Source of the DNA: a bacterium | GTDB lineage: Bacteria; JAMCPX01 | NCBI GenBank assembly: GCA_037439545.1 | Contig: JBBIVV010000012.1 | Location: 1-58,080, forward strand | Length of the DNA: 58,080 nucleotides | Reading direction: 5' to 3' | In this document: positions 11,481 to 19,838 of the stretch, piece by piece | Numbering within the stretch: position 1 is the first letter of the stretch | How the letters are laid out: each line of letters opens with the position of its first letter | The notes under the pieces: generated by a model | Told to the model about the DNA's origin: nothing | The model's database searches: none | The model's input: only the letters and a program-made list of their open reading frames with translations | Program-made: the position numbers and the translations under genes

Positions 11481-13343
11481 TTATCCTTTCAAAAGCCTGT
11501 CTATCTCTTCTTCGATGTCATTGTAGGTTATCGGGCTTACCGTGACCCTGTTCAATCTATGGAACGTATAATTAAAGTGCATGGAAAGCCAGTTTGCGAA
11601 TTGACCCTCAAAATTCAGCTCAGGCACCAGTACCATGTCGCATGAATCGAGGAATTGTCTTACAGGCTCTGTATGCAGCGGTGCTACTACAATGAGTTTT
11701 AACATGGCAACGCTCTTTCCGTCATTCACTGCATTGTTTACGGCTTCTCTGACAGCCCCTGTGGTCGAGCCCCATGATATGATACCGAGTTTTACCTTTC
11801 CTTTTGCCCCGGATCTTTCCGGTAAAGGTATGTCGTGTTCCAGTGCAGTTTTGATTTTACGGAACCGTTTCTCCGTCATCATCGTATGCGTGGTTGCATC
11901 GTAAACCGGGGTCCCGTATTGATCCTGTTCAAGCCCTGATACAACGTGGCAGCCGCCTTCCTGTCCGGGAATCGTGCGCGGTGACACGCCGTCATCCGTG
12001 ACCTTCTGCCTCAGATAAACTTTAAGTTCTTCTTCGGTCGGATATTTATTCGCATGCTTTTTATAATCAGGTATAGGTTCTATGAGTACATTTTCCAGAC
12101 ACAGTGACAGAAAAAGGTCTGTAAGCATGATGACAGGCATCTGGTATTTCTCGGCAAGGTAAAATGCCTCTGCTGTCCATTGATAGCACTCAGACACGTT
12201 CGTCGGTGCAAGCACGATACGCGGTGCATCCCCATTGCCTGCAAACAATGCATGGTTAAGATCGGACTGCTCTGTCTTTGTAGGCAGTCCTGTTGCAGGA
12301 CCGGCGCGCTGCGCATCGACAATTACGATAGGGTTTTCTGCCATAACATTATAGCCTATAAACTCCGTCATAAGACAGAACCCCGGGCCTGATGTAGCGG
12401 TCATTGCCCTTACACCGGCAAATGATGCACCGGTTACAAAACCTATGGCAGCAATCTCATCCTCTGTCTGAACGACATGCCCCCCGTGTTTCGGCAATTC
12501 CGCCGAAAGGATCTCCATGATCTTGGTAGCAGGTGTAATCGGATAGCCTGCATAAAATTTACATTCCGAGTCTATCGCAGCAGTTGCGACTGCTTTATTT
12601 CCTGTCATCAACCTGTAATCACGTTTTTCCAAAGCTTCTTTCCTGAAAAGGTAAGGATCAAGCTTTACAATCTGTTCGTTGACATAGGCATAACCGGCCC
12701 TGAATGCAGATATAATTGTGTCTATGCTTTTGCCTTTTTTACCGAGTTTGGCGGTTAAATTATTGATAAATTCCTTGTCAGGAAGCCCGAATAGTGCAGC
12801 CATTACACCGAGAATAACGATATTCCGTGACCTGGATTCCCCTGTGGTCCTCTGACTCAGTTGATTCAGAGGGACTCCGTAAAGATACATGCCTGGACCG
12901 AGATATCCGGCGATGCAATGAGATCCATCGGATTCTATGACCCACTCATCTTTTTCTCCTGAATATACGCCGGGACCAAGGCGATGGGACATATCGTTGT
13001 CTTCCCGGGCAACTTCTATCGGTTTATTATCGAAAATCACGACACCTTCATCGACAAGTTTCGGTATCTGTTCTATTGAATAACGATCATTGAGCGCTAC
13101 AAGAATGTCCACCTTCCTGCTCAGGCTCGTCAGGGGACCTGCTCCTGCCCTGATGTGAGCTACACTCTTGCCGAAGCCCCTTATCTCTGCAGGATACGAG
13201 TCGAATGAAAGCGTATGAAAACCCATGTCGGACAGTGTCTTCGTAAAGATCTCACCAGTGGCAAGCGCTCCATCGCCTGAACTGCCGCATATTTCAATAG
13301 TTATTCCTTTATCAGATATCAATTGAAAACCCCTTCCATCCAT
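11481..13343 (-). CDS. korA: 2-oxoacid:acceptor oxidoreductase alpha subunit (gamma-alpha fusion)
   Basis: SYPAEIRG, YAGYPITPAT, QTEDEIAA, TATSGPG, QRAGPATGLPTKTEQSD; alternative TTG start at 13322; overlaps the upstream flavoprotein gene. Confidence 0.93.
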   Translation of the reverse strand: MDGRGFQLISDKGITIEICGSSGDGALATGEIFTKTLSDMGFHTLSFDSYPAEIRGFGKSVAHIRAGAGPLTSLSRKVDILVALNDRYSIEQIPKLVDEGVVIFDNKPIEVAREDNDMSHRLGPGVYSGEKDEWVIESDGSHCIAGYLGPGMYLYGVPLNQLSQRTTGESRSRNIVILGVMAALFGLPDKEFINNLTAKLGKKGKSIDTIISAFRAGYAYVNEQIVKLDPYLFRKEALEKRDYRLMTGNKAVATAAIDSECKFYAGYPITPATKIMEILSAELPKHGGHVVQTEDEIAAIGFVTGASFAGVRAMTATSGPGFCLMTEFIGYNVMAENPIVIVDAQRAGPATGLPTKTEQSDLNHALFAGNGDAPRIVLAPTNVSECYQWTAEAFYLAEKYQMPVIMLTDLFLSLCLENVLIEPIPDYKKHANKYPTEEELKVYLRQKVTDDGVSPRTIPGQEGGCHVVSGLEQDQYGTPVYDATTHTMMTEKRFRKIKTALEHDIPLPERSGAKGKVKLGIISWGSTTGAVREAVNNAVNDGKSVAMLKLIVVAPLHTEPVRQFLDSCDMVLVPELNFEGQFANWLSMHFNYTFHRLNRVTVSPITYNDIEEEIDRLLKG

Positions 13344-14346
13344 AGGTTATGAAATCCTCTCCTGCTATCGTTATTTTACCGGGTTCCTGCAAAGTGACGG
13401 TCTTATGTTCACCGAGCATGTTTCTGGCTGCTACCACACCAAGGTATTGCGCATTGATTTGCCCCGTGGTCTGACGATAATCTTTTAATTCAGGATAATA
13501 CACAGTGGCACATTCACCGGCAGCCCAGATATCTTCAATGCTTGTGTGCATATATTGATCGACCAGTATGCCTGTTTGGACATCGATGCCGCTGTCCCTT
13601 AAAAAATCTATGCTCGGGACCATTCCGGATGTAAGGCATGCCATATCAGTTTTTATGACCTTGCCGGATTTTGTGTGAACATCGATCCCCTTCTCACCGC
13701 TTTTAATTTCCATTGTTATGTCCTCTGAAATGACATTAACGCCTTTCTTTATTAAACTGTCTATGAGCCTTTGTTTTACGGATTCATCAAATTCCATAGG
13801 CCAGAAATAATATTCATTAAGTATAAAAGTAATTGATTTACCGAGCTTTAACAAAGAACCAGCAAGATGCAAAGCTATGCAGTCACCACCTATCATGGTA
13901 ACATGTTTTAATGCATCAAGCCTCTCCCTCATTTTGAGAAGATCGACAGGCGTACAAAATCTGGTAAGCATATTCTCATAGCGTGCCAATGGTTCGGGAA
14001 GTTTTGGTTTTGCACCCGATGCAATAAGCAGTTTGTCGTAGTGAATAATCTCATTATGCGCAAGCATTATCTCATGTTTTTGCGGATCAAGACTTATTGC
14101 CGGTTGGTTTAATCTAAGGTTAAACCTGTTATCTCTGTACCATGTGTACGGATGAACGTATAGTTTCTTTATGTCCTGTTTGTCCAATAAAAAAGAAGCG
14201 AGCAGACTGTGATCGACATAGTGTGTGGGCTGGGCAGATACTATGGTTACATATGCATCAGGATCATTCTTTCTGATGGTCTCTGCAGCATAATTGCCCG
14301 TGTCTCCATTTCCTATGATCATATAATGTATCTGTTTTTTCGGCAT
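13312..14346 (-). CDS. NAD(P)/FAD-dependent oxidoreductase family protein (rubredoxin reductase/NirB-N/PadH-like), degenerate motifs
   Basis: IIGNGDTG, YDKLLIASGAKP, GILVDQYMHTSIEDIWAAGEC; second Rossmann motif reads GGDCIA. Confidence 0.8.
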   Translation of the reverse strand: MPKKQIHYMIIGNGDTGNYAAETIRKNDPDAYVTIVSAQPTHYVDHSLLASFLLDKQDIKKLYVHPYTWYRDNRFNLRLNQPAISLDPQKHEIMLAHNEIIHYDKLLIASGAKPKLPEPLARYENMLTRFCTPVDLLKMRERLDALKHVTMIGGDCIALHLAGSLLKLGKSITFILNEYYFWPMEFDESVKQRLIDSLIKKGVNVISEDITMEIKSGEKGIDVHTKSGKVIKTDMACLTSGMVPSIDFLRDSGIDVQTGILVDQYMHTSIEDIWAAGECATVYYPELKDYRQTTGQINAQYLGVVAARNMLGEHKTVTLQEPGKITIAGEDFITYGWKGFSIDI

Positions 14347-14347
14347 C

Positions 14348-16141
14348 CTAAACCTCTATATCCTGTTCTATCAGCTCTGTTTTAATGATATTTATACATT
14401 GCACTGGGCACACCTGATAACACTTGCCGCATCTAATGCAATCCTTGTTATCGATCACCACAGCGGTAACCTTGTCCCATTTATTGGTAACGGTGATATG
14501 TGAAGTCCCCTCCCGAGTTACCTGCACATCCTCTGCAAGCTTTATGCAATTCGTGGGACAGACATCGATACATGCCCTGCAGTATATGCATCTCGATGGA
14601 TCTATTTCGAATTTTAAATAGCACAGATAGCATCTTTTTGCCTCTTCCTTGCCTCTATTCTCATCGAGTCCGAGTTCGACTTCTTTTTGATCGACCCTTC
14701 CCTTCGAGGGCAATACCGGCATTGCCTGCTTCGGTATAAAATCCCAGTTCCTCTCCCTCAAGGGCTCTTTGTATTGTTCAAGACGGACAATCTTTTTTCT
14801 CCGTGTATGTTTCATGAGGAATTTGTCGATATTCAGTGCAGCGGTACGGCCTGAAGCTATTGCCGCTATGATTGTGGAAGCGCCGCTTGAAAAATCTCCG
14901 GCAACAAACAGTCCTGTCTTTGCGGTCATCGATGTTTCAGGGTCTACGTCAACCATGCCTTTTTTGTTCAGTTTTACCACGTTGTCAAAAAAACCGGTGT
15001 CAGGCCTCTGACCGATAGCATAAATAACGCTATCGGCAGTCTCTGAAAAATCAGAGCCTTTTATCGGTATCGCAATACGATCACCGCTCGGTGCATAGCC
15101 GCCAAGCTTATTGTGCTTGAAGGTTACGGATAAAGTGCCGTCTTTCTTTTCAATGGATTGTATTGAAACGAGTCCCCTAATCTCTACATCCTCGCTTTTC
15201 ACTTCCAATAATTCTTCCCTGCTTACCGTTATATAGTCCTCTGTCGTCAGTATGTTTATAATGGTTCGCTTGGCTCCGAGTCTCATCGCCGACCGTGCGC
15301 AGTCCATGGCAGTATAGCCGCCGCCAATCACCAGCACTCTTTCTCCAACGAAAATATTTTTACCGGAATTGACGTTGATCATGAACTGGAGACCGGAATA
15401 AACATGGTCCGCAGATTCCCCTGCAATGTTCAGCACGTTCGCGGTAAATGTCCCGGCAGTAACGAGGACGGCATCATGGGATGCGAGGAGTTCATCCATG
15501 GCGACCTTTTTCCCTATGCACACTCCGGTTTTCAGTTCCACGCCGAGGCGAATTATATTTTCTATTTCAGGGTCCAGAATGTTTCTTGGAAGTCTGAACA
15601 TAGGAATACCGTAGCGGAGCATCCCGCCCGGTTCCTCAAGTGCTTCATAAATTATGACTTTGTGTCCAAGGATAGCAAGGTCATGTGCAGCACCGAGACC
15701 TGCCGGTCCTGAGCCGATAATGGCGACCTTCTTTTCGGATGGTCCGAACATGAATTCTTCAATCCTGTGCCCTGTCGGCTTAAAATCAGATGCAACCCTC
15801 TTTAAATGACATATTGCCACAGGTTCACCATTACCGGGCCAGCCATGCCTGCAAACGGGTTCACAAGGCCTCGAGCATATTCTTCCGAGAACGCCGGGCA
15901 GTATATTTACATACCTGTTGATTTCATAAGCCCTCCCGTACCGTTCCTGAAAAATGGTGTGGATATATCCGGGAATATTTGTCAGAGCAGGACAGGCAGC
16001 CTGACAGGGAACATTCTCTTTCATCCATGCAAAATCACGCTTATCATCCGAGAATATGACTTCTCGTTCCACTTGCCTGGCTGTCGTCAGCTTATTGAAC
16101 TGCTCTTTTTCTGAAGGCAGATAAAGTCTTTTCTCTTTCAT
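14348..16141 (-). CDS. GltD/SudA/KorC-like flavo-iron-sulfur oxidoreductase with C-terminal 2x[4Fe-4S] ferredoxin domain
   Basis: PCQAACP, GRICSRPCEPVC, GSGPAG, GGMLRYGIPMFRLP, GGGYTAMDCAR, AGD, EAKRCYLC, CIYCRACIDVCP and CIRCGKCYQVCP. Confidence 0.88.
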   Translation of the reverse strand: MKEKRLYLPSEKEQFNKLTTARQVEREVIFSDDKRDFAWMKENVPCQAACPALTNIPGYIHTIFQERYGRAYEINRYVNILPGVLGRICSRPCEPVCRHGWPGNGEPVAICHLKRVASDFKPTGHRIEEFMFGPSEKKVAIIGSGPAGLGAAHDLAILGHKVIIYEALEEPGGMLRYGIPMFRLPRNILDPEIENIIRLGVELKTGVCIGKKVAMDELLASHDAVLVTAGTFTANVLNIAGESADHVYSGLQFMINVNSGKNIFVGERVLVIGGGYTAMDCARSAMRLGAKRTIINILTTEDYITVSREELLEVKSEDVEIRGLVSIQSIEKKDGTLSVTFKHNKLGGYAPSGDRIAIPIKGSDFSETADSVIYAIGQRPDTGFFDNVVKLNKKGMVDVDPETSMTAKTGLFVAGDFSSGASTIIAAIASGRTAALNIDKFLMKHTRRKKIVRLEQYKEPLRERNWDFIPKQAMPVLPSKGRVDQKEVELGLDENRGKEEAKRCYLCYLKFEIDPSRCIYCRACIDVCPTNCIKLAEDVQVTREGTSHITVTNKWDKVTAVVIDNKDCIRCGKCYQVCPVQCINIIKTELIEQDIEV

Positions 16142-16162
16142 ATCCTACAGCTCATATCTCCT

Positions 16163-16203
16163 TTTTACTCTATGAGAGAATGAAATTCTCTCATAGAGTT
16201 CAC
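16163..16203. repeat. Perfect 15-bp hairpin bounded by TTTTAC/GTTCAC (divergent member of the GTNNAC repeat family; possible attenuator or processing stem)
   Basis: ACTCTATGAGAGAAT-GAA-ATTCTCTCATAGAGT (16167-16199); the right boundary contains the stop codon of the upstream small gene. Confidence 0.7.
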
Positions 16204-16502
16204 ATGCGTACCACCGGTTCTATTCTCAGTGCCTTGCTGTTGCATTTTGGACACGATTGCTGATCAATATCTTTAATGCTCATCTCTGTTACAGGTCCGT
16301 CACACACCGGACATCTGCCGTTGAAGTCACCGCCGTGTACATCGATGGTAAAAAGCTCACGGTCATGTCTGCATTCGAAGATCTTAAAGTCCGCTGCATC
16401 CTCGTTTAGATCTTTTAGACTTTCCGATGTTATCGTCGAGCCCAGAATGAGTTCATTTTTATAATCGCAGCTTTTACAGGTTATTTTATACCATTGCGCC
16501 AT
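16200..16502 (-). CDS. Small Cys-rich (double zinc-ribbon-like) hypothetical protein
   Basis: CKSC, CRHD, CPVC and CPKC motifs; SD GGAGG lies inside the 3' end of the aconitase gene. Confidence 0.75.
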   Translation of the reverse strand: MAQWYKITCKSCDYKNELILGSTITSESLKDLNEDAADFKIFECRHDRELFTIDVHGGDFNGRCPVCDGPVTEMSIKDIDQQSCPKCNSKALRIEPVVRM

Positions 16503-16505
16503 AAT

Positions 16506-18434
16506 CTACGCCTCCTGCTTTATCATATTTAACAAACCGCCGGATATGAGTATTTTTCTTTCTCTCTGGTTCGTATCGAGATAAACCTCTATGGTCTTAT
16601 TTTTGTTTTTTATAAAAATACTTATTTTATCGTCTTCTTTAACATGCTTCCTGATATTTTCCATAACCAGCGTATCACCCTGCTCTATCGATGAAAAGGC
16701 ATCATTGTCCTTAATAATCAGGGGGAGGATACCGAAGTTAATGAGGTTCGATCGATGGATTCGCGCGTATGATTTTGCTATGACGGCCTTTACGCCGAGA
16801 TACATAGGCGCAAGTGCCGCATGTTCCCTGCTTGATCCCTGTCCATAATTGCTGCCGCCGAGGATAATACCTCCGCCTGATTGTTTGGCGCGTTTGGGAA
16901 ACTCGGGGTCTATATTGTAAAAAACAAAGTCCGATATTGCCGGGATGTTCGATCTGTACGGGAGTACCCTTGCACCCGCAGGCATAATATGGTCTGTCGT
17001 TATATTGTCACCGACTTTTATAAGGACAACGGATTCGAGTGCGTCTTCAAGCGCACCCCTTAATGGCAGCGGCTTTATGTTCGGTCCTTTTTCCACAACG
17101 ACTTTCTCGGATTTTGCCGAAGGCTTTATAATGTTGCTGTCGTCGATGATAAAGCTTTTTGCCTTCTTTAGTGCGGGCGGCCTTCCGCCCAATTTCCTCG
17201 GGTCATAAATCCTGCCTTTGAGCGCACACGCGGTCGCAACGTACGGACTTGCAAGGTAGACCTGATCGTCCGGTGTTCCGCTCCTGCCGAGGAAGTTGCG
17301 GTTCATTGTCCTTATCGAAACTGAGCCTGACGGAGGCGCCTGTCCCATTCCTATACAGGGGCCGCATGCAGCTTCGAGTATCCGTGCGCCGGCACTTATC
17401 ATGTTTTGAAGTGCGCCTGAAGCGGCAACCATCTCAAATACCTGCTTTGAGCCCGGGGTCACGGTAAGGCTTACATCAGGGTGGACTTTCTTGCCCTTTA
17501 ACATTGCGCCGACAAGCATGAGGTCATCATAGGATGAATTGTTGCAGCTCCCTATGCATACCTGCCGCACTTCTTTCCCAACCTCTTCTGTAACCGGGAC
17601 TACCTTGTCAGGCATGGACGGCATGGCAACCATCGGCGCAAGCTTATCGAGGGCTATTTCCATAACTTCATCATATTCCGCATCCTGATCTGCACTGAGG
17701 GGTTTATAATCTTTCTCTCTCTTCTGGAGCTTGAAATATTCGAGCACCCTTTCGTCAGAGGGAAACAGGGATGTAGTCGCACCGAGTTCAGCACCAAGAT
17801 TCGCTATCGTCGCACGCTCGGGCACCGAGAGTGTCCTGACACCTTCCCCTCCGAACTCGAAGATCTTTCCCACTCCGCCCTTAACGCTCAGACGGCGCAA
17901 AAGTTCAAGCATGATATCCTTCGATGCGACCCATGGTTTGAGCCTGCCGGTAAGCTTTACATGAACGACAGCAGGCATCTTTGTGTAATATGGTCCGCCT
18001 GCCATCGCAACGGCAACATCGAGCCCCCCTGCACCGATTGCTATCATACCGGTTGCGCCCGCATTGGGCGTATGACTGTCGGCCCCCAGTAAAATGATAT
18101 TCGGCCGTGCGAACCTCTCGAGGTATACCTGATGACATATACCGTTGCCAGGCTTTGAGAAATATAATCCGTACTTGTTTGAAAATGTCTGAAGGAACCT
18201 GTGATCGTCAGCGTTCTGGAAACCGGTCTGCAGCATGTTATGATCTACGAACGCAAACGCCCTCTTTACCTTTACCCTTGGTATGTCCATTGCCTCGAAC
18301 TGAAGTGCCGCCATGGTGCCTGTTGCATCCTGAAGGAGTGTTTCATCAACCCTTAGTCCTATGTCATTGCTGGGTTTTAATGTTCCTTCGACAAGGTGAG
18401 ATCTGAATATCTTTACCACAATGTTATCACTCAT
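16506..18434 (-). CDS. acn: Aconitate hydratase (short, Aquifex/archaeal-type)
   Basis: QDATGTMA, DHN, GNGICHQ, GADSHT, GSCNN, CGPCIG, NRNF, ITTDHIMPAG, NYGQGSSREHAALAP. Confidence 0.93.
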   Translation of the reverse strand: MSDNIVVKIFRSHLVEGTLKPSNDIGLRVDETLLQDATGTMAALQFEAMDIPRVKVKRAFAFVDHNMLQTGFQNADDHRFLQTFSNKYGLYFSKPGNGICHQVYLERFARPNIILLGADSHTPNAGATGMIAIGAGGLDVAVAMAGGPYYTKMPAVVHVKLTGRLKPWVASKDIMLELLRRLSVKGGVGKIFEFGGEGVRTLSVPERATIANLGAELGATTSLFPSDERVLEYFKLQKREKDYKPLSADQDAEYDEVMEIALDKLAPMVAMPSMPDKVVPVTEEVGKEVRQVCIGSCNNSSYDDLMLVGAMLKGKKVHPDVSLTVTPGSKQVFEMVAASGALQNMISAGARILEAACGPCIGMGQAPPSGSVSIRTMNRNFLGRSGTPDDQVYLASPYVATACALKGRIYDPRKLGGRPPALKKAKSFIIDDSNIIKPSAKSEKVVVEKGPNIKPLPLRGALEDALESVVLIKVGDNITTDHIMPAGARVLPYRSNIPAISDFVFYNIDPEFPKRAKQSGGGIILGGSNYGQGSSREHAALAPMYLGVKAVIAKSYARIHRSNLINFGILPLIIKDNDAFSSIEQGDTLVMENIRKHVKEDDKISIFIKNKNKTIEVYLDTNQRERKILISGGLLNMIKQEA

Positions 18435-18549
18435 AATAAACCACCTCTTTTAAAAAGATTATAAAGTCCCGGGTTAAGCCGCAGTCTTTTGCGAAGGCGT
18501 TTTAATAGGTAGCAAATTACCCCCCCTGAGTCAATAAGAATTATGCTGT

Positions 18550-18930
18550 TTATTCCGGTAAAGACATGATTACGACGGCAACGGCATAGTCGCGCTCATG
18601 GGTCAGGGAAAGGTTAAAATGTGTCCCTTTTTTTTCAAGTATGGACAGCTTTCCATGAAGCTTTATCGAAGGCATGCCGTCGGCACTTTTTATGACCTCT
18701 ATCTCTTTATAGTTGTAATATCCTTTGTAAAGCGGGGATATCGCCTTCCTCACAGCCTCTTTTGCCGCAAACCGTGCGGCATATCTCTCAGCACTGTTCT
18801 TGAACCGCTCGCAATACCTGCGTTCTGCATCGGTAAAGATCCTGCGGGTAAACCTGTCTTTTTTCTGTTCAAGCAATTTCTGAACACGAACAACGTGGAC
18901 AATGTCTATGCCGATACCGCGAATTTCCAT
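18550..18930 (-). CDS. acpS: Holo-[acyl-carrier-protein] synthase
   Basis: GIGIDIV, IFTDAE, AARFAAKEAVRKA, LSLTHE; start reassigned to the ATG at 18930. Confidence 0.95.
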   Translation of the reverse strand: MEIRGIGIDIVHVVRVQKLLEQKKDRFTRRIFTDAERRYCERFKNSAERYAARFAAKEAVRKAISPLYKGYYNYKEIEVIKSADGMPSIKLHGKLSILEKKGTHFNLSLTHERDYAVAVVIMSLPE

Positions 18931-19016
18931 AAATAGTTCATACGTCGAACCATTCGAAAAGTGCAAGCAGTTTGCACGGCAGTGTGAGAAAGAATATAAT
19001 ACAAAGGAGTAAAACG

Positions 19017-19148
19017 ATACAGGAGTTGGTATCGACCCTGTTTAAAAGATCGTTTAAAAATGAACGGATGGCCCAGGGCGAGAAAATAGGTATCAGCAGC
19101 ATTTTGGAAGAACTGGTCAATGCACTCATGCTCAAGGATCGCGATTGA
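19017..19148 (+). pseudogene. Possible degraded 5' fragment of an IS256-family transposase
   Basis: Strong SD AAAGGAG followed by ATA (decayed ATG?); reads IQELVSTLFK...IGISSILEELVNALMLKDRD*, resembling from memory the IS256 N-terminal LE..LN.LM..ER pattern. Confidence 0.4.
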
Positions 19149-19176
19149 TACTTCTTTGGAAAGTTAATCTTCATAT

Positions 19177-19210
19177 CACAACCCCTTGTGTCCCTCTTAG
19201 TAGAGGGGAT
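19177..19210. repeat. CCCCT...CCCTCT-loop-AGAGGGG palindromic repeat
   Basis: CACAACCCCTTGTGTCCCTCTTAGTAGAGGGGAT; same architecture as the C-tract/G-tract elements at 55460 and 55775. Confidence 0.5.
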
Positions 19211-19346
19211 ATATATTCTGTTCTCTACAATGATTGATAGTGTGAGAGCACACGGGAACGAAAACAGGGAATGCAGTATCTGTTGACCGGTAAACATAAT
19301 CATGCAAAAAATAAAACTGCGCGTATATTGCTTTGATTGGAAAGTT

Positions 19347-19802
19347 ATGAAACATGCTGATAGGTCTGTAAAAAAGAAATTTTCAAGTAAAAAACGTTTC
19401 AGAAATACATTCACCTCTACCCTTGCAATCTTTTGCAGCGACGAACGTTTTAACGGGACATCGATCGAATTTCTGCAAACATTTCTTAAAATCAGAAGGT
19501 GTGACCTTTTCGTTTATCCCGGAGGCCCGCAGTTTATTATCAGTAATGAAAAAGGCCCTGTTAAACGAATGAAATTTCTGATACGAGCACACAAGATTTC
19601 CCGTGTAATACTCGTCTCCCACACGTCCTGCGGTTATTACCAGAATCTCTATCCAGATATGACAGACCTGATGTTAATGAAACTACAAATCGCCGATATC
19701 CATAAATCCATGAATCGTCTGCATCGAATATTTCCGGAAATTACCGTCCAAAGCTTTTACATGGACATTGATCATGCAAGGCTTTCGTGCACGCCTGTGT
19801 GA
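19347..19802 (+). CDS. Putative beta-class-like carbonic anhydrase
   Basis: Zn-ligand pattern C-x-D-x-R (FCSDERF), PGG, H-x-x-C (HTSCGYY); start could be 19302 or 19347. Confidence 0.7.
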   Translation: MKHADRSVKKKFSSKKRFRNTFTSTLAIFCSDERFNGTSIEFLQTFLKIRRCDLFVYPGGPQFIISNEKGPVKRMKFLIRAHKISRVILVSHTSCGYYQNLYPDMTDLMLMKLQIADIHKSMNRLHRIFPEITVQSFYMDIDHARLSCTPV

Positions 19803-19838
19803 TGTTAGACTTCACTATTGCTTTAGAAGACCCGGCTC

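Noticed and set aside
13312..13343. Possible frameshifted flavoprotein-KorA fusion
   Set aside because: The overlap is explained by translational coupling with SD-like sequences before ATG 13343 or TTG 13322; both proteins look complete
14348..16141. DsrL or glutamate synthase small-subunit assignment
   Set aside because: No dsr genes or gltB in the window; only family-level similarity is supportable
16500..16508. Aconitase TAG is in frame with the next gene (possible readthrough or pyrrolysine fusion)
   Set aside because: Aconitase is complete and the downstream gene has its own GGAGG SD at proper spacing; no pyl genes seen
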